Below, one piece after another: positions 40,133-50,641 of a DNA stretch of 64,000 nt. Both the position numbers and the translations under genes were made by a program. The notes below the pieces were generated by a model that had not been told where the DNA came from, made no database searches, and saw only the letters and a list, made by a program, of their open reading frames with translations. The stretch covers positions 160,001 to 224,000 of the forward strand of contig CAVZLN010000008.1 in the NCBI GenBank assembly GCA_963776245.1. Direction: 5' to 3'. Every line of letters starts with the position of its first letter. The first letter of the stretch is position 1. The DNA is from Candidatus Eiseniibacteriota bacterium. GTDB taxonomy: Bacteria > Eisenbacteria > RBG-16-71-46.

Positions 40133-42658
40133 TCACCGACCGCCGTTGACAAGGTTGAGCAGCAGGCGGTAGGCGCCCGGCACGCCGGCCGGGATCTGGC
40201 GGAAGAACCCGTAGCCGTCGTAGATGAACATCCCCTTGCCCACTCGCGCGGCGAGCAGCCCACCGTCGCGCGCCGGCTCGCCCGGGTCGTGGCTCGAGAG
40301 CAGCGCCTCGTAGCGTGCGTCCCACTGGTCGGCGAAGTAGAGCCCGCGCTCCTGCACCCAGCCCTCGAAGTCCGCGGCGCCGATCGCGTGCGGCCGGGTG
40401 AGCAGCACGTGGCCGGGCTTCAGCAGCGTGACCGGGGCCTCCTCGACGGTGACGCGATCGCGCGAGATGCGCATCGGGTAGGGCCACAGCGACTCGCGCA
40501 GCCCATCGTCGAGCGTGTTGTACTGCACCAGCAGCGTGCCCCCTGCGCGCACCCAGTCGAGCAGGCGCGGCTGGAGCGCGCGCAGGCGCTCGCGGGTGTT
40601 GTAGGCACGCACCCCGGTGACGATGGTGACGAAGCGCGCCAGGTCGGCGTCGGCGAGGTCGTCGTCGCCCAGCAGCGTGACGCGATAGCCGCACTGGCGG
40701 AGCGCCTCGGGGACAGCGTCGCCGGAGCCCATGACGTAGCCCACCTCGCCGCGGCCCGCGGCCAGGTCGGCGCGCACCACGCGCGCCTCGGCGGGCGGGA
40801 ACAGGGTCTGCTCGGGGATGTGGGCGTGCGAGATGGTCTCCCGCGCGCGGTCCCACGCGCCGCGCGCGCCCGTGAAGCGCGCGCCGAGCGCGCCGGCGAG
40901 CGGCGCCGCGCCCGGGTGCACGGCGAAGCTCAGTGTCTGCTCCACGCCGCCGCCTTCGAGCGCGACCGGGGCGCTCGCCGGTTCGCACGTGAAGCCCGCG
41001 GGAAGCGCGAGCCGCACCGCGCCCGCGACCGGCCGCGCGCCGGAGCGCGCGGTGACCCGCACGGTGCGCGGCGCGCGGTCGGGAAACACGTACACCGCGC
41101 GGTCGAGCGCCAGCGTGATCGGGGGCTCCACCACCAGCGCGCGATAGCGCTCGCCCTCGACCGGGTCCACCCGGCGCGACAGGAACGGCACGTCGAACGC
41201 GACGGTGTCGGCGCCGAAGCGCATCACGAAGCGGGCGACCGGCGACGCCGGCTCCTCGGGCAGCCCGATGAGGTCGGGATCGTCGACGTGGAAGCGGGCG
41301 CCGTCGGCCGGCGCGCGCATCCAGTAGGGCTGCGAGATCGGCAGGGTCGCGGGGAGCACCACCGTCGCCACGGCGGCCCGCGCGCGATTCGGCTCGAGCG
41401 CACGGTAGAGGCCCGAGCGGCGGGACACGCTGTCGGCGGCCGCGGCGCGCGCGACCCCGCCGAACGGCAGCTCGATCCGCTCGAGCGACGCCGGCGTGTC
41501 GGTGCGCACCAGCGCCATCAGGTCGAGCGCCACGGTGTCCCCGGGCGCCGCGGCGGGCGCCTGGGTGATGGCCTCGAGCCACAGCCCGGCACACCCGCGG
41601 ATGACGTCGAGCAGTTCGCCGCGCTTGGCGCGCACCGTCACGTCGTCCGGCGACAGCGCGTCGAGCGCCGCCTTGGCGCGCATCAACGCCGGGAGCGACG
41701 TCGCGGGCCGGTCGGGATCGAACGCGCGCTCGGCCTCGGCCAGCCACGCCCGCACCGGAGCGCCCCCGCGCACGCGCGACCAGGTCAGGTCGACGCCCTC
41801 GAACAGGTCGGAGTCCGCGGGCGCGCCCGCGCGCAGCTCGAACGAGTTGGGGATCGACCCGCGCCGCTCGGCCGAGCCGAATCCCTGGCTCTTGTGCATG
41901 GTGCGGCTCTCGCCCGCCAGTTCGGTGAACGAACGTCCGAGTTCCGGGCTGTAGGCGCCGAGATCCACGGTCAGTCGTCTCGCCCCCGGCGCGGGAGCGC
42001 CACGGAACACGTTCCACAGGATGCGCTTCGCCTGCCACGGCGCCCCGCACTCGGGGAACCGCGCGGGATCGGCCGCCGCGGCGAACGCCTCCTCGGCCAG
42101 CAGCGCGGAGGCGGTGTGGTGGCCGTGACCGCCCCCGCCGTCGGTCGGGAAGCGCGTGACGAGGATGTCCGGGCGCACCCGGCGGATGACCCGCACCACG
42201 TCGGCGAGGATCGAGTCGCGCCCCCACTTCGCCAGCGTCTCGTCGGGCCCCTTCGAGTACCCGAAGTCCACCGCGCGCGTGAACCACTGCTGAGCGCCGT
42301 CGATGCGGCGCGCGCCGAGCAGCTCGTGGGTGCGGATCAGGCCGAGCTCGGCGCCCAGTTCGGTGCCGATCAGGTTCTGCCCTCCGTCTCCGCGCGTGAG
42401 CGAGAGGTAGCCGGCGCGCACCAGCCGGCCCTGCGCGAGCCAGGCGAGGAACGCCGTGTTCTCGTCGTCGGGGTGCGCCGCGATGTAGAGCGCGCTGCCG
42501 GTGACCTGGAGCCGCCGCAGCGCGAGCCGGAGCTGGGCCGCGTCCATGGGCGCCGGCGGTCGCGGGTCGGCCAGCGCGGAGACGAGCGGGAGCGCGGCGG
42601 CGAGCGCGAGGGCGAGGGCCAGCGAGGCGGCGGGACGACGCACCGGGAACCAGGGCAT
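40133..42658 (-). CDS. PIG-L/LmbE family deacetylase with Ig-like and C-terminal class I glutamine amidotransferase-like domains
   Basis: 'YIAAHPDDEN', 'LTRGDGGQN', 'RT.ELL.AR', 'DFGYSK', 'HGHH', C-terminal 'WVQERGLYF'. Confidence 0.92.
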   Translation of the reverse strand: MPWFPVRRPAASLALALALAAALPLVSALADPRPPAPMDAAQLRLALRRLQVTGSALYIAAHPDDENTAFLAWLAQGRLVRAGYLSLTRGDGGQNLIGTELGAELGLIRTHELLGARRIDGAQQWFTRAVDFGYSKGPDETLAKWGRDSILADVVRVIRRVRPDILVTRFPTDGGGGHGHHTASALLAEEAFAAAADPARFPECGAPWQAKRILWNVFRGAPAPGARRLTVDLGAYSPELGRSFTELAGESRTMHKSQGFGSAERRGSIPNSFELRAGAPADSDLFEGVDLTWSRVRGGAPVRAWLAEAERAFDPDRPATSLPALMRAKAALDALSPDDVTVRAKRGELLDVIRGCAGLWLEAITQAPAAAPGDTVALDLMALVRTDTPASLERIELPFGGVARAAAADSVSRRSGLYRALEPNRARAAVATVVLPATLPISQPYWMRAPADGARFHVDDPDLIGLPEEPASPVARFVMRFGADTVAFDVPFLSRRVDPVEGERYRALVVEPPITLALDRAVYVFPDRAPRTVRVTARSGARPVAGAVRLALPAGFTCEPASAPVALEGGGVEQTLSFAVHPGAAPLAGALGARFTGARGAWDRARETISHAHIPEQTLFPPAEARVVRADLAAGRGEVGYVMGSGDAVPEALRQCGYRVTLLGDDDLADADLARFVTIVTGVRAYNTRERLRALQPRLLDWVRAGGTLLVQYNTLDDGLRESLWPYPMRISRDRVTVEEAPVTLLKPGHVLLTRPHAIGAADFEGWVQERGLYFADQWDARYEALLSSHDPGEPARDGGLLAARVGKGMFIYDGYGFFRQIPAGVPGAYRLLLNLVNGGR

Positions 42659-42855
42659 GCGAGACGACCTCCGTGGGGAATCGGGCCGCAGGGCGACGGG
42701 AACCGCGGGCGATCGCGCGCGGGGCCGACATGCTAGCACGCGGCGCGGCGCGTGGGCCGGTGCGTTTCCCCGCCCGTGGCGCGCCTGATATCCTGCCTCC
42801 GGTGCACGCCCCACGGCGTCTCTCCGCCATGCCGAACCTGGAGGTCCGACCCATC

Positions 42856-44069
42856 ATGGGCATCAGTCAGCTTGCGAAGTCCATCGCGGAGTCGCCCACG
42901 TTGAAGCTGAACGAGGAGGCCCGCCTGCTCCGCGAGAAGGGCGAGGCGGTGATCCACCTCGGGATCGGCGAGCCCAAGAACAAGGCGCCGATCGCGGCCA
43001 TCCTGTCGTCCGCCGCCAAGCTCTCCGTGGGTGACGTCAAGTATTGCCCGACCGACGGCGTCCCGTCGCTCAAGAAGGCGATCGTCCGCTACACCGAGGA
43101 GGCCTACGACAAGGTCGTGGGCGCCGAGAACGTGATCGTCTCCTCGGGCGCGAAGCAGTCGCTCTACAACCTCCTCTACTGCTTGGTCAATCCGCAGGAC
43201 GAGGTGGTGGTGCTGGCGCCCTACTGGGTGTCGTACCCCGAGATGGTCCGCATGGTGTACGGCGTGCCGGTCATCGTCACGCCCGCGGACGGCTCGTTCG
43301 TGCCGCGCTTCGAGGAGATCGAGCAGGCGGTCACCTCGAACACCCGCGTGATGCTCCTCAACAGCCCCAACAACCCGTCGGGCGCGGTGTTCCCCGATGC
43401 GCTGATCGAGAAGATCGTGGGGCTGTGCGAGCGCAAGAACATCTACCTCATCATGGACGACATCTATCACAAGCTGGTGTTCGACGGCGTGTGTCCGGCC
43501 CCCGGCTGGCGCTTCACGACCCGGGACATCGAGTCGACCCGGGTGATCGTCGTCAACGGCATCTCGAAGCTCTACGGCATGACCGGGTTCCGCATCGGCT
43601 GGACGATCGCGAGCCGGGAACTGGTCCAGACCATGACCAACGTGCAGGCGCAGACCACCTCGTGCGCCTCGCTCGTGATGCAGGCCGGCGCCGAAGGCGC
43701 GCTCACCGGGCTCCAGAGCCAGGTCGAGTCGCTGCGGCTCACGATCCAGAACAACCGCGACGTCATGATGCAGGAACTGACCTCGTTCTCGGGCGTGAAG
43801 TGCGCGAAGCCCCAGGGCACGTTCTATTGCCTGCCCGACATGCGCGCCTACGAGAAGGACTCGGTGAAGCTCTCGGAGTTCCTGCTCAAGAAGGCGCGCG
43901 TGGTGACCGTGCCGGGCAAGGAGTTCGGCATGGAGGGCCACCTGCGCCTGTCGTACGCCGGCACGGTGAAGGACGTCACGGAGGGCATCGCCCGCATGAA
44001 GTGGGCGCTCGACGCCAAGGCGCCGACCGAGATCTACATCGGGGACCGCAAGATGGTGAGGGACTGGAA

Positions 44070-44073
<4 letters not shown>
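42856..44073 (+). CDS. PLP-dependent aminotransferase class I/II (aspartate aminotransferase-like)
   Basis: 'GAKQ', 'PYWVSY', 'NSPNNPSG', 'DDIY', PLP lysine 'SKLYGMTGFRIG'. Confidence 0.93.
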
Positions 44074-45731
<1,658 letters not shown>

Positions 45732-45761
45732 CCGTCGAGCGATAGAAGCGGCGCCTGAACG

Positions 45762-45791
45762 AAGCGCCGGGGCCGAGTGGCCCCGGCGCTT
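45762..45791 (+). terminator. intrinsic terminator after pckA (possibly bidirectional)
   Basis: AAGCGCCGGGGCC-GAGT-GGCCCCGGCGCTT 13-bp stem. Confidence 0.7.
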
Positions 45792-45889
45792 TCGTCAGCA
45801 CATCAACATCGCGCTCTGGGAATCCCGCGACAGCGGCCGGACGATCGCGGGTCCGCCGCTGCCCCTCGCCGAACTCTTCGATGCCTGCG

Positions 45890-46783
45890 CTACCAGACGA
45901 CCACGAGCTTCTTCGAGGCCACTCCCAGGCGGGATTCGGCGCGCAGGAAATACACGTTGCTCTGCACTACAGATCGCGGGATCACGATCTTCAACAACCC
46001 GACGCCGCTCACGACCTGAGAACCTGTCTTCCGCCCAATTACATCGAACGCCGCGCATGTGACCTCGCCCTGCTGAGGCAGCAGGACGGACAGCTCGACA
46101 TCCCCTCGGCCCACGCGCCTGGCAGCAAGGATCCGAGGCTTCCCGCCGGCCTCGTCGCGCCAGACACCAACGACAGCACCCCTCAGCAGCAGCGGACGAC
46201 CTTCGCGCGGGATGCCAATGCAGTATAGGTAGGATGTGTCCTCGGCAACGGACTCATCACGTACCGAGATCGTGTCGCCGCGCACGGTCGGGATCAGTTC
46301 TCTCGATTCGCTCTCACCGTTGCGACGAAGCACCCGGAGTGCACTGGGGATCGTCCGGGGAGCGATCCAGCGCCAGGACACGGACAGACTTCCGGGTGCG
46401 CTTCGTGTTCCCACGAGCTCCACGTAGTCACGAATCTCGAGCTCCATCGCGGTCGCGCTGAAGGATGTGTCGCATCCGCCACTGAGGAGGACCCTGTTGG
46501 CTCCGCACGCCGCACTGTCAGGCACCCCAAACTCGACTGCGATCGGGAGTGACTCTCCCGCCGGCCAGTCCATTGGATCGAAGTACCCAATTGCAGGCCA
46601 GGCCCTACTCCCGCTGCCACCGAGGCAAAGCGTCAAGTCGCGGCCAGATACATTCCGCAGCTCGTAGGTTGTGCTTACGCGATCCCCGGGATACACGACG
46701 GTGGAAGCAACAGCGCAGGTGGGCCAGCCAACTGCCACCAAGAGACCCAAGCACCTGCATACGACCCAATGTCGTTGGAACAT
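45890..46783 (-). CDS. hypothetical secreted protein with degenerate T9SS/FlgD-like C-terminal tail; atypical codon usage
   Basis: Signal-like N-terminus; tail 'FDVIGRK.....VYFLR........KKLVV'; visibly lower GC than flanks. Confidence 0.55.
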   Translation of the reverse strand: MFQRHWVVCRCLGLLVAVGWPTCAVASTVVYPGDRVSTTYELRNVSGRDLTLCLGGSGSRAWPAIGYFDPMDWPAGESLPIAVEFGVPDSAACGANRVLLSGGCDTSFSATAMELEIRDYVELVGTRSAPGSLSVSWRWIAPRTIPSALRVLRRNGESESRELIPTVRGDTISVRDESVAEDTSYLYCIGIPREGRPLLLRGAVVGVWRDEAGGKPRILAARRVGRGDVELSVLLPQQGEVTCAAFDVIGRKTGSQVVSGVGLLKIVIPRSVVQSNVYFLRAESRLGVASKKLVVVW

Positions 46784-47182
46784 GTCGATCGCCCGTCACC
46801 CGGTCCTGCGAAGGTGAACGCGCCCTCCCCGGCAAGCAACCAAACATACGCCGCGTATCTATTGCGAGACTACTGCGGGTCAGGCGCGGGCGGCGGCGGA
46901 TGCTCCTCGGAACGGTCTGATCTGCTACCCGTCTGCCCGGTCTGGACCCACGAATTGACTTGACACGTTTCGCGCACCCCAACGTGCGCGACCCGCCACC
47001 CGTGCTGCGATCGCGCGCCTGCGTTCGCAGGATGCGCGGAGACGTCCCCGCGCCTGCGAGCGGCTCTCCTTTTGCGCGATGCCGCGCGCGGCGCGCCCTC
47101 CGGGCACGCACGAGCGTCTCGAACACGCATGCTATACAGAGCGCGTGCCCCCGCGACCGAGTCCCCGTTGCGGAGTCCCGCC

Positions 47183-48574
47183 ATGCCGTCCTACTCGCTG
47201 TCCCATCTGTCCGACCCGGTCCTGCTGCGCGACCTGGCGGCGCTCGTCTCGCAGGATTGCGTCACCACCGCCTCGATACTGGCCCACCTCGCCGAGGTCG
47301 ATGCCCGCCGGCTCTACCGGCCGGCCGCCTACCCGTCCATGTTCGCCTGGTGCGTGGGCGAGCTGGGGCTCTCCGAGGACGCTGCGTTCCGGCGCATCCG
47401 CGCGGCCCGCACGGCCCGGGAGTTCCCGGTCATCTTCCCGATGTTGGCCGCGGGGCGGCTGAACCTGAGCGCGGTCCTGATGCTGACGCCCTACCTCACC
47501 CCGGAGTCAGCCGGCGACCTGCTCGCAGCCGCCGTCGGGAAGACCAAGAACGCACTCGAGCGATTGCTGGCCGAACGCTACCCGCGGCCCGACGTGCCGA
47601 CCCTGGTGCGGGCCCTCACCGCCGACCAACATGCCCCGGGGCATGTGGAAGATCTCAGCAGCGAACTGGCGCTGGCGCCAGTTCACGAGAATGTCAATCA
47701 ACATGCTCCGGGGCATGTTGAAGATCTCAGCAGTCAACTGGCCCCGGGGCCAGTTGATGCACTGGCGCTGGCGCCAGTTGGAGCGCCAGTGCCGCACGCG
47801 AAGCTCTCTCCGCTCTCGCCCGGACGGTTCGCTCTGCAGCTCACGCTCGCACAGGAGACCCACGACAAGCTGCGCCATGCGCAGGCCCTGCTCGGCCATG
47901 CCGTGCCGTCGGGTGACTTGGCGCAGGTGCTGGACCGCGCCCTCGACGCCCTGATCGCCACGCTCGAGCAGCGCCGCTTCGCCCCCAGCGCCCGTTCGCG
48001 CTCAGTTCCCCGCCGCCGCGCGGAGAACAGTCGCTACGTGCCCGCCGCCATCCGTCGCATGGTGTGGCAACGCGATGGAGGCCAGTGCACCTTCGTCGGC
48101 GACATGGGGCACCGCTGTGAGGCCCGCACCCGGCTCGAGTTCGACCACCTCGACCCGTTCGCTCGCGGCGGGCAGGGCACGCCGGATCGCCTGCGCCTGA
48201 GGTGCCGGGCGCACAATCAGCTCGAAGCGGAGCGCACCTACGGCACCGGGTTCATGCGCCAGAAGCAGGAGGAGTCCCGGCGCCGCGCGGCGGCGGCCCG
48301 CGAAGCGAAGCAGGCGAGCGCAGCCGCCGAAGCGCGGGCACGCGAGGCGGCACGGGTGCAGGAGCGCGAACGCGCCGCCCGGCAGGCCAGTGCGGACGAG
48401 GTCATCCCATGGCTCCGCGGGCTCGGCTTCCGGGCTGAGGAAGCGCGCCGCGCGGCGGCGCTCTGCGACACCATGGCGGACGCGCCGATCGAGACACGGG
48501 TGCGCGTCGCGCTCTCGAGCCTGGCTCCCGGCGGAACGCGCCAGGTCTCGAACCTCGCGAGCGCTCCGGCCTGA
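47183..48574 (+). CDS. DUF222-like / HNH endonuclease with C-terminal RuvA-CTD-like helix bundle (likely mobile, multicopy-type element)
   Basis: N-term 'SLSHLSD..LL..L..LV.....TA..LAHLAEVDARRLY....YPSMF..C...L.LSE'; 'RYVPAAIRR.VW.RDGGQC.F......C.....LEFDH..P...GG......L.LRCRAHN'; C-term 'LRGLGF...EA'. Confidence 0.85.
   Translation: MPSYSLSHLSDPVLLRDLAALVSQDCVTTASILAHLAEVDARRLYRPAAYPSMFAWCVGELGLSEDAAFRRIRAARTAREFPVIFPMLAAGRLNLSAVLMLTPYLTPESAGDLLAAAVGKTKNALERLLAERYPRPDVPTLVRALTADQHAPGHVEDLSSELALAPVHENVNQHAPGHVEDLSSQLAPGPVDALALAPVGAPVPHAKLSPLSPGRFALQLTLAQETHDKLRHAQALLGHAVPSGDLAQVLDRALDALIATLEQRRFAPSARSRSVPRRRAENSRYVPAAIRRMVWQRDGGQCTFVGDMGHRCEARTRLEFDHLDPFARGGQGTPDRLRLRCRAHNQLEAERTYGTGFMRQKQEESRRRAAAAREAKQASAAAEARAREAARVQERERAARQASADEVIPWLRGLGFRAEEARRAAALCDTMADAPIETRVRVALSSLAPGGTRQVSNLASAPA
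47627..47779. repeat. in-frame array of five 18-24 bp palindromes inside the HNH gene (72-bp higher-order duplication)
   Basis: ACATGCCCCGGGGCATGT (47629-46), GAACTGGCGC-TG-GCGCCAGTTC (47663-84), TCAACATGC-TCCGGG-GCATGTTGA (47698-721), TCAACTGGCCCCGGGGCCAGTTGA (47734-57), ACTGGCGC-TG-GCGCCAGT (47761-78). Confidence 0.9.
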
Positions 48575-48614
48575 CACGCCCGCGTGGCGCTTCGAGGCTG
48601 AGGAACCCGCTGCC

Positions 48615-49019
48615 CTACCCCCCGCTCTCTCCGCCTCGCAGCACCATCGCTTCCATCAGCCGTTCGATCTCTTCCGCGGGGTCCTCGCACAATCCCGAGT
48701 GCACGGCAGACACCTGCAGGACGGTGCTGCGCGGGGCGACCAGCCAGTGGAAACGCTCGCGCAGGCTCAACTGGCCGATGGGACCGCTTCCCGCGCCCCC
48801 GGCCGCGACCCGAGGCACCGCGAGCAGGTGCTCCTCGATGAGCGGCAGGTCGGCGCTCGCGGACAGCGCCAGCACGCGCTCGCGGTCCAGTTCCACCCGG
48901 GCCGCGAGGTAGTCCCGCTCGAGGCAGAACAGGATCACGCCGGCGTTCACGAACTCCTCGCGCTCGACGCGCGGCACCACGCGAAGGACCGCGTAGTCAA
49001 ACGAGAGCGACGCGGGCAC
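48615..49019 (-). CDS. DUF3037 domain-containing protein
   Basis: 'FDYAVLRVVPRVEREEFVNAGVILFC', 'ERFHWLVAPRSTVLQ.S.VH.GL'. Confidence 0.9.
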   Translation of the reverse strand: MPASLSFDYAVLRVVPRVEREEFVNAGVILFCLERDYLAARVELDRERVLALSASADLPLIEEHLLAVPRVAAGGAGSGPIGQLSLRERFHWLVAPRSTVLQVSAVHSGLCEDPAEEIERLMEAMVLRGGESGG

Positions 49020-49776
49020 GTTCGGCCTCCTCCATGAATGCGGGCGCGGTCCCGAGCCGCCGCGCGAACCAGCGGGCGTAGCCGGCGCGATACTCCGCCG
49101 GGGTCCCGAAGCGCGGCTCGTCGTCGAGCCAGTCATCCGGGATCATCGCCAGCACGCGCTCGACAGGGTCGCGACCGAGCCTCGGCGAGAGCCGCTCCCC
49201 CGCCGCGGCGATCCGCGTGGCCCAGCGCAGCAGCACGTGGTCCCTGATGGCGGCGAACGGATCGCGGCTGCGCGCCTCTTCGTCGGCCCACGCGTGGTGG
49301 AAGTAGAGCGAGGCGCCGTGATCGATGAGCCACAGATTGCGGTGCCAGGTGAGCAGATTGGGATTGCGCGCGGTGCGGTCCACGTTGGTGGTGAACGCGT
49401 CCATCCACACGACGTCGGAGGCCTCGTCGGCCACCGGCGCGGGTCCCGCGACCGGATCGAACGTGATGCTGCCGGGCAGGTAGTCGAGGCCGAGGTTCAG
49501 CCCCACGCTGCCACGCAGCAATTCGCGGATCTCGGTGTCGGGCTCATTGCGGCCGAGGGCCGCGTCCACCTGGACGAGCACCAGTTCGGGCACGCGCAGC
49601 CCGGCCGCGCGGGCCAGTTCGCCGGTGACGAGCTCGGCGACCAGCGCCTTGGTGCGGTGGCCGGCGGCGCGGAACTTCACCACGTAGAGCCCGCAGTCGT
49701 CGGCCTCCACGATGGCGGGCAGCGAGCCGCCCTCGCGCAACGGTGTGACGTAGCGGGTCGCGGTCACGGTCCTCAT
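48997..49776 (-). CDS. HipA-like kinase (HipA_2 family)
   Basis: 'RYVTPLREGGSLP', 'YVVKF', 'NVDRT.RNPNLL', 'LIDHGA'; overlaps DUF3037 gene. Confidence 0.9.
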   Translation of the reverse strand: MRTVTATRYVTPLREGGSLPAIVEADDCGLYVVKFRAAGHRTKALVAELVTGELARAAGLRVPELVLVQVDAALGRNEPDTEIRELLRGSVGLNLGLDYLPGSITFDPVAGPAPVADEASDVVWMDAFTTNVDRTARNPNLLTWHRNLWLIDHGASLYFHHAWADEEARSRDPFAAIRDHVLLRWATRIAAAGERLSPRLGRDPVERVLAMIPDDWLDDEPRFGTPAEYRAGYARWFARRLGTAPAFMEEAERARVALV

Positions 49777-49830
49777 GCGCGCGAGACTAACCCAGCGACG
49801 CGAGCCGTCGAAACCGCGACCCGGCGGTCG

Positions 49831-50391
49831 CTACCTCGGCCAGAGCCAGCCGAACGTGCCTCCGGTCAGCAGTCCGTAGAGCAGGCCATCCACCGTGAAC
49901 TTGATCGTCGTGCTCCACTTGCGCTGGTACCAGATGGAGTCCTGCCACAGCGCCACGGCGTAGCCGATGAATGCGGTGGCGCCCGCGAAGCGGAACACCT
50001 GGAGGTAGTGCGCGCCCGGTTCCAGCGCCCGGCCGGCCAGATACGCGGCGAAGATCCCGACCAGGATGCAGTAGACGAACCACTGGATGAGGAACGGAGC
50101 CATGTTGGGCGGGCCGTTCTTCACCACCGTCATCGACAGCACCGGCCCCTTGGTCATCTTCTCGATGAAGGCCGGCTGGCGCATCGCCTCGGGACTCCCG
50201 GCGCGCGGAAGCATGTAGTCTCCCGGCGGGATGTCGAACCTCCGGAGGGCCTCCGCGACCTCGTCCTCCTTCGGCAGTTGGGCCACATTGTTGCGGTGGT
50301 ACGGAAGCATCATATGGATGATCGAACTGACCACGAACACGATGACCGCGGACAACAGGATCGGCAGCCACAGCGCTGGGATGGGGACCAT
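49831..50391 (-). CDS. conserved hypothetical membrane protein
   Basis: 4 TM segments, 'LWLPILLSAV.VF..SS..HM..P.H', 'PGDYM.P'; RBS GGAGG. Confidence 0.75.
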   Translation of the reverse strand: MVPIPALWLPILLSAVIVFVVSSIIHMMLPYHRNNVAQLPKEDEVAEALRRFDIPPGDYMLPRAGSPEAMRQPAFIEKMTKGPVLSMTVVKNGPPNMAPFLIQWFVYCILVGIFAAYLAGRALEPGAHYLQVFRFAGATAFIGYAVALWQDSIWYQRKWSTTIKFTVDGLLYGLLTGGTFGWLWPR

Positions 50392-50596
50392 CTGCACCTC
50401 CTGATCCACCCGGATGAGCCGGGGACACGAAGGACGTGGACCGGGTAGCGGCTCGCCCGGCCTGACCGCGCGGGCATCCTAGAAGGGCTGGGGGGGAGTC
50501 GCAAGGCACGGCTTGCGCCGCGCCCGAGTCGCACGCGGGATCGCGGGCTGGCTCACTCGAGGATCGGAGCACCCGGGCCTCGTTGGACAGATCGAA

Positions 50597-50626
50597 GCGG
50601 CCGCCTGAGCGAACTCAGGCGGCCGC
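50597..50626 (-). terminator. intrinsic terminator after the 50642-51658 gene
   Basis: 13-bp stem GCGGCCGCCTGAG with UUCG loop on the minus strand. Confidence 0.65.
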
Positions 50627-50641
50627 CCCCATCGGTTCATC

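Noticed and set aside
47627..47779. CRISPR array or integron attC interpretation of the palindrome array
   Set aside because: Repeats are divergent, spacers are only about 3-16 bp and partly duplicated, the array is in-frame within a CDS, and no cas or intI gene is present. Units have AAC...GTT ends but are far shorter than attC sites.
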